Below, piece after piece: positions 1-10,565 of a stretch of 64,000 nt of DNA. Below the pieces are notes generated by a model. It ran no database searches and had not been told where the DNA came from. It saw only the letters and a list, made by a program, of their open reading frames with translations. The translations under genes and the position numbers were made by a program. Within the stretch, counting starts at the first letter, position 1. Every line of letters begins with the position of its first letter. Where the stretch lies: positions 28,336 to 92,335 of the IMG/VR virus record IMGVR_UViG_3300036770_007174; one strand, written 5' to 3'. The stretch comes from a virus.

Positions 1-740
1 GTGGTAAGTTGATCTCCATGCTTGCTGCGAGCCCGGAAGTCATCGCAGCCTATCGGCATCGCTATGCCAACCAACAGAGCGAGATCGCGTCGTCAATCGC
101 CGGCCGCCCGATCGTGCGTCCATCTCATCTTGTGTTTCTTGGAACGACATCGCTCTACGGCGTCGGCTCGAGTCAGTATAACCGCCTACGGATGCCAGCC
201 GCTCAGCTGGGCGGCAGAGATAGCGAGCAACTGGCCTTCCTCGAACTTGGCCGGTCCGGCTCTTACGGAACGTCTCACTTCGGGTCCGCGACAGTCGAGG
301 CGCTAGTCTCGCTCGTTCAGCAATCCCTCACCGGCCAGCGCGTGAACAGCATTTTTGGCGAGGGGGTAAGCCCGAAACTGCGGAAGATCCGAGATGGTCT
401 GGACCGACTGAAACTGCCGACCGACGCGCTACTGATGCACGGCCGCCACCGCATCGTCTACGGCGTGCCGCTTATCCGGAACCTCCGCGAGTATCTGCTC
501 GGGATGGACAGGGAGCCGGATTACCTCTTCGACTTAAGTGATCCGAAAGCGGGAACGCGCGCTGTCGTGTCCTGGTGGATGGAGAGGTGGCTCGTCGCTC
601 GCCTTCAGAGCGACAACGCACTGCGGAAGGTGGCAAGCCACTCGCTTGTCCGTCCAATTCGACATGGAGCCCGAGTCGTGCTCCCCCCGGAGGACCCAAA
701 CCAGACGTCGCTTTTCGACGATCTATCGCAATTCAACTGA
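1..740 (+). CDS. druA: Druantia DruA-like (DUF4338) protein, 5'-truncated by window edge
   Basis: Frame is open to the window edge (GKLISML...). Motifs GKL(I/V)xxL and GTTSLYGVGSSQYNRL resemble DUF4338/DruA. Lies upstream of a DruE-like helicase. Confidence 0.65.
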   Translation, partial: GKLISMLAASPEVIAAYRHRYANQQSEIASSIAGRPIVRPSHLVFLGTTSLYGVGSSQYNRLRMPAAQLGGRDSEQLAFLELGRSGSYGTSHFGSATVEALVSLVQQSLTGQRVNSIFGEGVSPKLRKIRDGLDRLKLPTDALLMHGRHRIVYGVPLIRNLREYLLGMDREPDYLFDLSDPKAGTRAVVSWWMERWLVARLQSDNALRKVASHSLVRPIRHGARVVLPPEDPNQTSLFDDLSQFN

Positions 741-1053
741 CCCTAAGGGGATCTGTGGGCGGCCTGCACCGCACCGATCGCCTCCCGGCGGTCATGCAGA
801 AGCCGACGTCGAAACGTAGGCTGTCAGCCCATGATCACTGGGCGTCTAACCAGTTCATCTGATCTGCGACACGAAAGGATCGCCGGGCCGCGATAGCACC
901 TCCCTGGAGCAATGGATTTGCTTGCCAACCGAATACAGCGTGTTAAGCTCCTGCACGCCCTTACAGGGGTCCAGAAGGCGCTTAGGTGGGTTTTCGCATA
1001 TTGCTCCAAGGATCAACACCAGACTCCACGATAGCAAGCCATCCCGCTCGACA

Positions 1054-3912
1054 ATGACGGAAGACCTCAAGTACTGGCAGAAAAAACTTGAACGGCATTT
1101 CTCAAGTTTGCACCAAGCCAGAAAAGACAAGGGACTTCCTGTTTTCGCCCTTGAACATGGACTCAACGAGGGTGAAAGGCGAACGATATCCGGGCTTCTG
1201 AGATCGAGTTTACAGAATTACGAAGCGCCCGGACACAGTTGGCTTCTCTGGGTGATCTATGCTGCCGAGCAAGGCTACGATTATGACGGCGATGAGTATT
1301 GGCGAACATATCAGGCGCGAACGCCGCTTTGGACTGAACGTGCAGATCGTGAGGCTCTGCGCCGCTGGTATCAGAAATTTCATACGACATACGGAGGCAT
1401 AAAGCCAACCGGCTCTTGGGCGAGTTGGTTTTCTATTATTGCATGGCCGATCACCCATGCCTTGCTGCCGAGAGATCTTCAGTATCAGCTCGCTCGCGCG
1501 CTTTATCAACTTCGCTTTCCACTTGCGTCTCGGATCGACGAGCTGCCATCGGCCATCGGACATTACATCGCAACGGCGTCCATCGAGTCGAGTTCCCGCT
1601 TCCAGAACTTTCTTCAGCAGGAAGAGCTAGTTGGGCGCATAGCGCTCGCCCTGCTCGGCGGACACACTGGTGGGGAACAACAGTTCATATATCCCCCAAC
1701 GCTCGAGCGCATCGTAGAGGACATGCAGAGGGCGCGGGACGCGCGCGCCTGGTTGCGAGACGCTCGCCAGGCTGTCGAGAAGATCAGAATCAAGGGTGCC
1801 TTGCGCCACCCTCCGTTGAGGCGGGAGCACTCAGCCGGCGATCAACGAGCCAAGCACGAAGCGCAAGCGGCATCCTCTATCCGACCCAGCCTCACGCTCC
1901 GGCGCACATCTAAAACCGAATGGACGGTGGTCCTCGACCTGCCGAGTTTGCAACCGTTAGCCGATCTCAATCCTGAACTCAGGCTCTTTCTTCGTAGGAC
2001 ACGGTGCACTGTGGCTGGGTCGCCCGGCATGCTTCCCGCTGGGTGGCTGTTGTCAGGCAGCCAGCACCGGGTGGTTGTGCACTGGCCGCCGAGCAGCGCA
2101 CCAGTGGTGCGATTTGAAGAGAGAAACGACCTCCTCGAGCATCTCCTCCAAAGCGACGGACGAATTACAGCGGGTCCGTCATGGTTGTTTAAAGTGGGAT
2201 CAGATGGCCTTGCGCGTGAGGTTGTAGGTCGCGTTGTACGACCGGGAGAACGTTACATTGTCGTCTCTACATCACAGGTTACTGAGTCCTCGCTTCTGCG
2301 GCGGGTGAACCTCAAGTGCAGCGGTGCTGCTGCTTGGGAGTTCGATTTACCTCCTCAACTCTCCCCCGAGCACTTGGCATGGCTGCGTGAACTTAGCCTC
2401 TCACTGGCTCAAACGGTACGCATCTGGCCGGCTGGCCTTGCCGCGCGCCGATGGGATGGAGAAGGTTTCGCGGAATGGCTCGAAGGTGAAACACCGTGCA
2501 TTGCTCTTCACGCCGATCACCCGGTTTCTCATTTTGAACTGCAACTCGACGACGGCCAGCCAATCCGAGTCGCTCAGCCTCTGGCTGGGCAGCCGCTCTT
2601 CGTGGCACTTCCGGGCTTAGCGCGCGGCAGGCATCTTCTTGCCGTACGCGCTCAACGCGTCGACGTTACGGATCGAGGCGATCAGGCGCCTGCCGAGGGG
2701 TTTCTGTCGATCATCGTCCGCTTGCCCCGGCCTTGGGCAGCGGGAACCACGTCTCATAGTGGCCTTGTGGTGTCCACCAACCCTGCCGAACCAAGCTTGG
2801 ATCAGTTGTGGAAGGGCGACATCGAATTGCAGATTCTAGGCCCCTCAGGCAAGCGCGTTCGCGTGTTCCTTGAGCTAAACAACAGTTCTGGCGAGACACT
2901 CTCAACCGAACAGATAACGGATCTGTTGCTGCCAGTCGCGCCGGGCTCTTGTGCCCGCGCCATGAGCGAATTCTTGCGCAAAGAGCCGAGTCCTTGGTCA
3001 TACCTTAGCGCCAGCGGTGGCCACCTCCTTGTCGACGGCGAGGAGATGGGAACTCACCGTGTGCCCCTGCATCGAGACGTAAGTCCCTTGCGTTGGGTCT
3101 GGCCTGCAACGCAGCGCGCGACTGTGCTGCGCCTCGTCAACGATTGCGATAGCGCAGAGCCTCTCAGCGCTAGTTTCTATCCGTTCGAGACACCCATTGA
3201 GGGAAAGTCGCTAGCGCCTGCTCTCGTGACAGAGGCATGGACGCCGGAAGGAACGGGTGGCCTCTGCGTCGCTTCCTGCGGCGGTCACCGCCAAACACTT
3301 GTTGTAAGTATGCCTCAGGTAAGGGGCGGACTAGCTGGCCTTTTGATCGAGCCGACTATCCATAGGTTGCCACCTGGCGAAGCTGCCCTAGCGGCCTTGC
3401 TGGACTTGATTTCTGCCTGGTCCGGAGCTCGCGTCGTGGGACCGCTGGCCTCCGACAGGCGCACGAGAGTCGTGAACCGCCTCCGAGAGTATGTCCTTCG
3501 CCACCTATATGGGGCTGAGTGGGTACAAGCTGAAGCAAGTTATGAACGGTCGCAAAGGACAGAGCCGAACCTGCGACGATTGGCTGAGCAAATCGGCGGT
3601 AACCCCGCGTTTGGCTTCGTTCTCGCTCGCGATTTGGGAAGATACCGGAGCATGGACCCTAGCTTGCTGCTGAGCAGTCTGGCCGCCCTGGCCGGCCGCT
3701 ACGGAGTAGCTTCTTACGATGCTTGTAAGGCGGCGATAGAACTCTGTGGGGGCCTTGAGCGAGGGGCGGTCTGGACGCGTCCTGTGCTCGAGCGCCTCCT
3801 GGCCGATGTAAGATCATGTCCGACGATCCTCAGGGGCGTACGGTTTGTCGCTGTCGCCAAGCCGATACCATCGTCCGAGCAGTCGCGCGGCACGGCCCAC
3901 GTGCGCAGATGA
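1054..3912 (+). CDS. Large (~952 aa) hypothetical protein, Druantia accessory subunit (possible DruB-DruC fusion)
   Basis: Long ORF with likely ATG at 1054 (MTEDLKYW). Position between DruA-like and DruD/DruE-like genes. Stop overlaps the next start (ATGA). Confidence 0.55.
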   Translation: MTEDLKYWQKKLERHFSSLHQARKDKGLPVFALEHGLNEGERRTISGLLRSSLQNYEAPGHSWLLWVIYAAEQGYDYDGDEYWRTYQARTPLWTERADREALRRWYQKFHTTYGGIKPTGSWASWFSIIAWPITHALLPRDLQYQLARALYQLRFPLASRIDELPSAIGHYIATASIESSSRFQNFLQQEELVGRIALALLGGHTGGEQQFIYPPTLERIVEDMQRARDARAWLRDARQAVEKIRIKGALRHPPLRREHSAGDQRAKHEAQAASSIRPSLTLRRTSKTEWTVVLDLPSLQPLADLNPELRLFLRRTRCTVAGSPGMLPAGWLLSGSQHRVVVHWPPSSAPVVRFEERNDLLEHLLQSDGRITAGPSWLFKVGSDGLAREVVGRVVRPGERYIVVSTSQVTESSLLRRVNLKCSGAAAWEFDLPPQLSPEHLAWLRELSLSLAQTVRIWPAGLAARRWDGEGFAEWLEGETPCIALHADHPVSHFELQLDDGQPIRVAQPLAGQPLFVALPGLARGRHLLAVRAQRVDVTDRGDQAPAEGFLSIIVRLPRPWAAGTTSHSGLVVSTNPAEPSLDQLWKGDIELQILGPSGKRVRVFLELNNSSGETLSTEQITDLLLPVAPGSCARAMSEFLRKEPSPWSYLSASGGHLLVDGEEMGTHRVPLHRDVSPLRWVWPATQRATVLRLVNDCDSAEPLSASFYPFETPIEGKSLAPALVTEAWTPEGTGGLCVASCGGHRQTLVVSMPQVRGGLAGLLIEPTIHRLPPGEAALAALLDLISAWSGARVVGPLASDRRTRVVNRLREYVLRHLYGAEWVQAEASYERSQRTEPNLRRLAEQIGGNPAFGFVLARDLGRYRSMDPSLLLSSLAALAGRYGVASYDACKAAIELCGGLERGAVWTRPVLERLLADVRSCPTILRGVRFVAVAKPIPSSEQSRGTAHVRR

Positions 3913-4973
3913 TTAAGGTTGTTGAGGATCAAGACGTGACCCGACTGGCGCGCGGCGATCTTCGGTTGGCGCAGGCCGGTGGAATCGATGATGGCTACAT
4001 CGCCGGAGCGCTGCGCCGTCTCGCCGGCTTCCTGTGCCCATGCTCGCCAAAGACCTTGCTTCGATCAATGGTGGAAAGCCACCGCGGCCTTGCAGGAGCG
4101 CCCGAAGATTTTGCTGCTCGTGTTGAAGACGTTCTTGAAGCGCTGGTAGCTGTTGGCGACCTGCTTGAGTTGCGCGACGTGACTACTCTCGACGAGACCG
4201 TCAAGGCAACATGGGTGTTTGCCGCGCCTCCTTCCTTCGTGCTGCGGCCATCAGGCAGTGCGTACATTCTTGGGCTCGCAATGGACGAGGCAACGCCGCT
4301 GCCGGGAGACCTGCTGCAGAGGCTGCAGGTGCGCGGCGCGACGCGCACGATCGGTTCCCTGCCGGGCGAGGACCTTGGGAGCCTGCTCCGCAGGCTCAGC
4401 CTGCGCGAGTTGTCGAGTGAGGCCTGGCTGCGGCATCCAAAGCGCGAGGAACCCGGGGCGTTGGTGGCGGCGCTAAATGCGCAACTCGATCGCCAGCGTC
4501 CGGCTGGCGAGTTGGCGGAGTTGCGCGTCTTGGACGGCGCGCGCCGTGCGCGGAGTTATCGGAACCGCTGGTGTGAGCCAGGATCGCTCACCGGCCGCTT
4601 CATCGTTCGTCGCCCGCAGGCCTATGGCGCCGATCTGTGGGCATACGCAGAGCTTGACGAAGGCAGAGCCGTCAAAGCGCTCGATTTTCCGCCCCCAGGA
4701 AGCCGCTGGCGAGGCTGCGACTTGGCCTGGCGCGCCCAGATGGCAATGGATGCTCTCAATGGTGACCATCAGCGCTACCGGCAGACATCGGAAAATGGCA
4801 CTGCGACCTTCGATTTTTTCTCGCCAATTCCGGACTGGGCACGGCGGCGCCTTGCCTGCATTGGGGAGCAAGTCGAGTCAGAAGCCAGCTTGCTCTGTTT
4901 TCGGATTCCCGAAAATGAGGCGCCCGCAGAAGAAGCCTTTCTTCAAGAATTTCTCTTCCTGAGACGCGAATAG
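3909..4973 (+). CDS. ~354 aa hypothetical protein, DruD-like by size and position
   Basis: ATG at 3909 overlaps the TGA of the previous gene; ends 21 bp before the helicase. Confidence 0.55.
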   Translation: MIKVVEDQDVTRLARGDLRLAQAGGIDDGYIAGALRRLAGFLCPCSPKTLLRSMVESHRGLAGAPEDFAARVEDVLEALVAVGDLLELRDVTTLDETVKATWVFAAPPSFVLRPSGSAYILGLAMDEATPLPGDLLQRLQVRGATRTIGSLPGEDLGSLLRRLSLRELSSEAWLRHPKREEPGALVAALNAQLDRQRPAGELAELRVLDGARRARSYRNRWCEPGSLTGRFIVRRPQAYGADLWAYAELDEGRAVKALDFPPPGSRWRGCDLAWRAQMAMDALNGDHQRYRQTSENGTATFDFFSPIPDWARRRLACIGEQVESEASLLCFRIPENEAPAEEAFLQEFLFLRRE

Positions 4974-4994
4974 AGACCACGGAGACGGACGCAG

Positions 4995-7900
4995 ATGACA
5001 CGGACGATCCAAGAGACTATCGACGAACTACACGCGTCCTTGAAGGATTACATTGAGGCGACATATCACATCGGGGACGCTAAGCTGATTGGCCAGAGAC
5101 GCAGGCTACTCAGCCAAGTCGGCGTCACCCGTCAGGTGCCTTACTTAGAGTCGACGCCGCGCTATTGTCTCGGAGAACGGTTCTGCAACATGGCTGGCTT
5201 GCCTCCCGCCGCCCTTGCGGTGTACGAGGCGCTCGCGACGGCCAAGGACGGTAAGCCACGGCTATTGTTCGACCCGCCGTACCGGCACCAAGCTGAAGCC
5301 ATCCGCCACGCTCTGATCGGCGGGAAGAACCTGATGGTCATGACCGGTACCGGCTCGGGGAAAACCGAATCCTTTCTTCTTCCCATCCTTGGCAAGTTTG
5401 CGCATGAGGCTGCCGAACGGCCCAAAGCGTTCAGTCAGCATGCAGTGCGCGCCATCCTGCTCTACCCGATGAATGCGCTCGTCAACGATCAACTCGGTCG
5501 GCTGCGTGCTCTATTCGGCGACCCGCGCCTCGTCCGCATGTTCAGCAAGTGGTCAGGCAGGCCGCCGACCTTCGCGAGGTACACCAGCCGGACACCCTAT
5601 GCAGGGGTACGGACGGCAAAGCGAGACGGCAAGAAACTGGCGTCGTTCGAAGAGTTCTTCGTCGAGATCGAGAGGCAAGCGGCGGACGGCGCGCCCGACG
5701 AGCAGGCTGCAGCGCGCAAGCTTCGTGACCAGCTCAAGGCGCGCGGGAAGTGGCCGGCAAAGCCGGATCTAGCCGAGTGGTTTGGCCCCAAGAACGGTCG
5801 TTGGGTTGATCAAAAGACCAAGGCTTTCTTGCGGGCTGTTACCTTACCCGGTGATTCCGAACTTCTGACGCGCCACGAGGTGCAGGAGGCAGCGCCTGAC
5901 CTCCTGGTCACCAACTATTCCATGTTGGAATACATGCTCATGCGGCCGATCGAGCGGCCGATTTTCGACCAGACCCGTGCGTGGCTCGCTGGAAACCCGC
6001 ACGAGAAGATCACCGTGGTGCTCGACGAGGCCCACCTTTACCGTGGCGCCGGAGGGGCCGAGGTCGCCCTGCTTCTACGCCGGTTGCGAGATCGTCTCGA
6101 CATCACGCCTGATCGGTTCCAGGTCATCTGCGCAACCGCAAGCTTCGGTAGCCGCGAATACGCGAGAGACTTCGGCTCGCAGTTGACCGGCGTGCCAGCG
6201 GAGACCATTGAACCGGTCACAGGCGATCTTGATCTACGAGCGCACGCCGCTCCAGGTACTCAGGACGACGCCGCGGCTTTAGCAAACCTAGATCTCGAGC
6301 GCTTCTACTCAGCCGACGCGAGAGAGCGCGCCGACGCAATCACTCCCCTGCTCGCCTACCGATCTACCGAAGCGACAGGCAACGTCGAACGGGATCTGCA
6401 TGCGGCGCTCGCAGACTTTGAGCCGCTCGGACTCTTGGTAAACCTTACTATGAAGGCCGCGCGTGCAGTGGCGAGTCTCGGTCCGGCTCTTTTCCCGGAC
6501 AGCCCTGGCATCGCCGACCGGGCAGTGACGGCCTTACTGGCCCTCGGTAGCGTCGCTCGGGAGACACCGGACGCTGCCGGCCTTCTCCCATGCCGCATCC
6601 ACAATTTCTACCGCGGGCTGCCAGGCCTGTGGGTGTGCATGGATCCTAATTGCACGGAAATTGCGACCAACGAACGGTCTGGATTATGCGGACGCATGTA
6701 CAGTCAGCCGCGCGAGGCCTGTGGATGCGGCGCGCGAGTATTGCAGTTCTATACATGCAGGAACTGTGGCGCGGCCCATGCGCGAGCATACACCGATGAC
6801 GTCGACCGGCCAAACGCGCTTTGGCCCGAACCGGGTCGTAAATTGAAGATGCAAGGTGGCGAAACCAGCCCATTGCTCGACCTAGACCTCCTACTCGAGG
6901 AGCCACGCCTCGCCGAGTTGGCAGAAATTGCAGACTACGATCTCGAGACAGGACGGCTTAACCCAGCAGTACTTGGAGAACGTCGACGATCAGTTTATAT
7001 TCGCAAGGATCGCATAGCGCCGGCGGCTGGCGACGATGGCGAAGTCGACACTCGGCTGGAAGTAAGAGGCCAATTCATCCCGTGCGCCGTGTGCGGCGAG
7101 AGTGCCGCGTTCGGTAGGTCGTCTGTTCAGGATCACCAAACGAAGGGCGATCAACCGTTCCAGGCACTGGTCGCGCGCCAAATTCAGGTGCAACCGCCCG
7201 GGCCGCAGCCTTCAACGACCTTTGCGCCACTGCGCGGCCGGAAGGTCCTAGTCTTCTCAGACTCGCGTCAGGTCGCTGCGCGACTGGCGCCTAATCTGCA
7301 AATGTACTCCGTGCGTGATGCACTTCGTTCGCTGATCGTGTGGGGGTTCAACCGCCTACGCAAACATCCGCTCGTCACGGGCATGCTTAACCTCGACGAC
7401 CTGTATCTCGCTACGCTGCTTGCGTCGCGCAGCCTGGGAGTTCGCCTTCGACCGGAGCTAAAGGCCGGCGAGAGCTTCGCGGCCGATGCAGTTGTCGAGG
7501 CGGCCGTGAAGGATGGCGCACTCAGCGATGACCAAAAGCTCCAAATGCTTTGGATGGAAATTCGCAGCGACACACCCCCTGAAGCTCTACTCGACGACAT
7601 CGTCAAGACAGTACGGGACCGCTATCTCGGGCTTGAGGCTTTGGCGCTAGCATCCGTGCGCGAAATCGCTAGCAAGACGAAGGATCTACACGCCCTGCCA
7701 CCTATCAGCGGCATCGCAAGTACGAATGACGAGAAGGTGGCACTCGCCCGTGCTTGGTTGCGGTGCTGGCGGTCCGAGGGCTTCTGGTTGAACGCGATGC
7801 CACCGACTTGGCACAAAGTCAAAGTGCGGGCGCGCAAAGGGTCGTTCCAGGCAATGCGCAAGATCTTGCCAGACAAAGGAGCCCACAAGATCTTTGAGAA

Positions 7901-10535
7901 AGCCTGGCATCCTGCGCTAATGTCCATCTTCACTACAGAAATGGAAAGCGGCTACCGGCGTCTGGCTGGGAAGAATCTCTCGCTCGAACTCGACGGGCTT
8001 TGGGTGCGCTGCGCCTCCTGCCGTTCCGTGCACCGGCCCGTACCGAAAATCCCGCACTGCTTGGATTGCGGCGCGGCAGGCGTCGTCCCGCTCGACCCGA
8101 GTTCCGACAAGGTTTTCACAGCACGCAAGGGTTACTACCGGGGCCCAGTGACCGCAGCCATGGGCAATCCGGCGCTTCCGCCCATGGCGCTGGTTGCTGC
8201 CGAGCACACAGCGCAGTTGAACGCACCGCAAAGCGAGGACGTGTTCTCCAAGGCGGAAGAGAATGAGCTGCTGTTCCAAGATGTCGAACTGTCCTGGGGA
8301 AACGGCGGAAAGCGCATAACGGCCATTGACGTGCTCTCGAGCACCACAACGATGGAAGTCGGTATTGATATCGGCGCCCTGTCGGGCGTTGCGCTTCGCA
8401 ACATGCCGCCGGGACGGGCGAACTACCAGCAGCGAGCTGGTAGAGCCGGCCGGCGTGGTAACGCGGTTGCGACCGTCGTCGCTTTCGGCAGCGCCGACAG
8501 TCACGACGAGCACTACTTCAGCAAGCCTGACGCCATGATTGCTGGGCCGGTTGTCGATCCGAAGCTCACGCTGGAAAACCCCGATATAGCTCGCCGCCAC
8601 ATACGAGCCTTCCTCTTACAGAGATACCATCAGGACAGAATTCTCGCTTTCGACCCCGCCGCAAATCCCGACCTCTTCTCAGTTCTCGGTACCGTTTCGG
8701 ACTTTCAGAGCGTGACTGCGCGGCTCAACCGGACGGACTTTGCCAAGTGGCTCGCCCAGCACGCGTCCGTGCTGAGGGAGCGCGTCGCAAGTTGGATTCC
8801 AGACAAACTGAGTGAAGCTGACCGCAAACAACTTCTCGAAAACATGGCGGCAGATTGCCTCGACGCGATCGACGAAGCGCTCGGCGGGACTGCGCCGACT
8901 GGACAGAAGATACTGGAGGATGCGGGAGCGGGGGACACCTCTGAAGAGGAAGGAGAAGCACCTCCAGAGGCAGGCGAGGAGACGTCCGGGCAAAAGACGC
9001 TCAACGGGAAACTGCTCGACCGTCTGCTCTACAAAGGGGTGCTTCCCCGCTATGCATTCCCAACTGACGTCGCGGCCTTCAGTGTCTTCGACGTTGATCG
9101 ATCGACTTCCCACCGGCCGGTCATGAAATTCGCGCCGTCCCAGAGCTTGCCGGTGGCGCTTTCACAATACGCCCCTGGCAAACAAGTTTGGATCTCCGGA
9201 AAGTGCTATACTTCGGGAGCGGTTTATTCGCCTATGGCGGAGGACCGCTATCGTGCTTGGCAGAACCGTAGGCTCTACCGGGAATGCGTAGAGTGCAGTT
9301 TCGCTGAGACGGTACCGGTAGACGCGGGCGTCAAGACGGGCGATTCTCACGACTGCTACGCCTGTGGTGCGCTCGGCTCATTCGGCCCGACGCGATACTG
9401 GCTTCGACCGCCAGGTTTCGCACATCCGGCTTATGCGCCTGAGGTCACGTCGCCGGACGACATGCCCGAGACCGCGTATGCGACACGCGCCAAACTGACC
9501 ATGCCGACCCCGGCGGACAGCGCGAAATGGATTGACGTGAACGGCCGCATACGCGTGATGGCCGACCGCAAGCACCTTCTCGTATCGAACACCGGTCCGC
9601 GACGGGACGGTTACGACTACTGTACCAAGTGCGGCCGAATTGAAGCGTCTGCCGAAGCGTCTGGCGTGTTGGCCGGACCCCACCAGAAGCCGTTCCCGGA
9701 CGAGAAAGAGCAAACCTGCCCGGGCGCTGGTACGACGCGCCACCTGATGTTGGGGACAGACTTCATCACGGATATCGCCTTGCTCTCGCTGCGAGTGGCA
9801 GCACCCTTGAAGTTGAAGCCAGGCTTCTACCCCACCGACGTCGCCCTTCGAACGGTGAGCGAGGCGCTGGCCAAGGCCGCTTGCGAGATGCTTGAGATCG
9901 AAGCGGGCGAACTGCTGGCGGAATACAGACCGGCACTGACGCCAGGCGGCCGGAATGGCTTGGAGGCCGAGATCTTCCTCTACGACACGCTACCTGGCGG
10001 TGCCGGCTTCGCAAGCCAACTGACGAGCAGAGGGGAAGAACTGTTTCAGCGTGCACTTTCGCTGATGAAGTGCTGCCCAGAGGGCTGCGACGCATCGTGT
10101 TACCGATGCCTACGCAGCTTCAAAAACAAGTTCGAGCACACCGTCCTAGACCGACATGTCGGCGCCGAATTGGTCGAGTATCTCATGAATGGAGAAATGC
10201 GGCCCTTTGACGCAAGGCGCATCAGGGCTTCGACTGAACTGCTGCTGAAGGACTTGCAGCGGCAGGCCGATGGCACCCGCTTCGAACTGGAGAAGGAGTT
10301 CGACATACCTGGCGTCGGTAAGGTCACCGTCCCAATCTTGGCGACGCGCTCAACAGGAGACCAGTTTGCGATTGCTCTAACCGGTGCACTGACGAATGAG
10401 CATCCGGCAGATCCAGCCATCGCTCGCATGCGCGAGGAGTGGGACGCACTCCGCGTGGTCACTGTGAATGAGTTGCTTGTTCGTGGGAATCTGCCTGCGG
10501 CAACGCGAGGTGTTTTGAGTCAGTTTGCGCAGTGA
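4995..10535 (+). CDS. druE: DEAD/DEAH-box helicase with C-terminal DUF1998 (Druantia DruE-like)
   Basis: Walker A GTGSGKT, YPMNAL, DEAH, SAT-like CATAS, TTTMEVGIDIG, QRAGRAGRR, several CxxC pairs, and the DUF1998 signature YDTLPGGAG...C...CDASCYRCL; 1846 aa. Confidence 0.85.
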   Translation: MTRTIQETIDELHASLKDYIEATYHIGDAKLIGQRRRLLSQVGVTRQVPYLESTPRYCLGERFCNMAGLPPAALAVYEALATAKDGKPRLLFDPPYRHQAEAIRHALIGGKNLMVMTGTGSGKTESFLLPILGKFAHEAAERPKAFSQHAVRAILLYPMNALVNDQLGRLRALFGDPRLVRMFSKWSGRPPTFARYTSRTPYAGVRTAKRDGKKLASFEEFFVEIERQAADGAPDEQAAARKLRDQLKARGKWPAKPDLAEWFGPKNGRWVDQKTKAFLRAVTLPGDSELLTRHEVQEAAPDLLVTNYSMLEYMLMRPIERPIFDQTRAWLAGNPHEKITVVLDEAHLYRGAGGAEVALLLRRLRDRLDITPDRFQVICATASFGSREYARDFGSQLTGVPAETIEPVTGDLDLRAHAAPGTQDDAAALANLDLERFYSADARERADAITPLLAYRSTEATGNVERDLHAALADFEPLGLLVNLTMKAARAVASLGPALFPDSPGIADRAVTALLALGSVARETPDAAGLLPCRIHNFYRGLPGLWVCMDPNCTEIATNERSGLCGRMYSQPREACGCGARVLQFYTCRNCGAAHARAYTDDVDRPNALWPEPGRKLKMQGGETSPLLDLDLLLEEPRLAELAEIADYDLETGRLNPAVLGERRRSVYIRKDRIAPAAGDDGEVDTRLEVRGQFIPCAVCGESAAFGRSSVQDHQTKGDQPFQALVARQIQVQPPGPQPSTTFAPLRGRKVLVFSDSRQVAARLAPNLQMYSVRDALRSLIVWGFNRLRKHPLVTGMLNLDDLYLATLLASRSLGVRLRPELKAGESFAADAVVEAAVKDGALSDDQKLQMLWMEIRSDTPPEALLDDIVKTVRDRYLGLEALALASVREIASKTKDLHALPPISGIASTNDEKVALARAWLRCWRSEGFWLNAMPPTWHKVKVRARKGSFQAMRKILPDKGAHKIFEKAWHPALMSIFTTEMESGYRRLAGKNLSLELDGLWVRCASCRSVHRPVPKIPHCLDCGAAGVVPLDPSSDKVFTARKGYYRGPVTAAMGNPALPPMALVAAEHTAQLNAPQSEDVFSKAEENELLFQDVELSWGNGGKRITAIDVLSSTTTMEVGIDIGALSGVALRNMPPGRANYQQRAGRAGRRGNAVATVVAFGSADSHDEHYFSKPDAMIAGPVVDPKLTLENPDIARRHIRAFLLQRYHQDRILAFDPAANPDLFSVLGTVSDFQSVTARLNRTDFAKWLAQHASVLRERVASWIPDKLSEADRKQLLENMAADCLDAIDEALGGTAPTGQKILEDAGAGDTSEEEGEAPPEAGEETSGQKTLNGKLLDRLLYKGVLPRYAFPTDVAAFSVFDVDRSTSHRPVMKFAPSQSLPVALSQYAPGKQVWISGKCYTSGAVYSPMAEDRYRAWQNRRLYRECVECSFAETVPVDAGVKTGDSHDCYACGALGSFGPTRYWLRPPGFAHPAYAPEVTSPDDMPETAYATRAKLTMPTPADSAKWIDVNGRIRVMADRKHLLVSNTGPRRDGYDYCTKCGRIEASAEASGVLAGPHQKPFPDEKEQTCPGAGTTRHLMLGTDFITDIALLSLRVAAPLKLKPGFYPTDVALRTVSEALAKAACEMLEIEAGELLAEYRPALTPGGRNGLEAEIFLYDTLPGGAGFASQLTSRGEELFQRALSLMKCCPEGCDASCYRCLRSFKNKFEHTVLDRHVGAELVEYLMNGEMRPFDARRIRASTELLLKDLQRQADGTRFELEKEFDIPGVGKVTVPILATRSTGDQFAIALTGALTNEHPADPAIARMREEWDALRVVTVNELLVRGNLPAATRGVLSQFAQ

Positions 10536-10565
10536 GGTCTAGCCTGGGAGCGCGCGGCAAACCTA

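Noticed and set aside
4995-10535. DISARM (DrmA/DrmB) assignment
   Set aside because: Helicase and DUF1998 are fused in one protein, and no DrmC PLD or SNF2 gene is adjacent; a DruA-like gene upstream favours Druantia.
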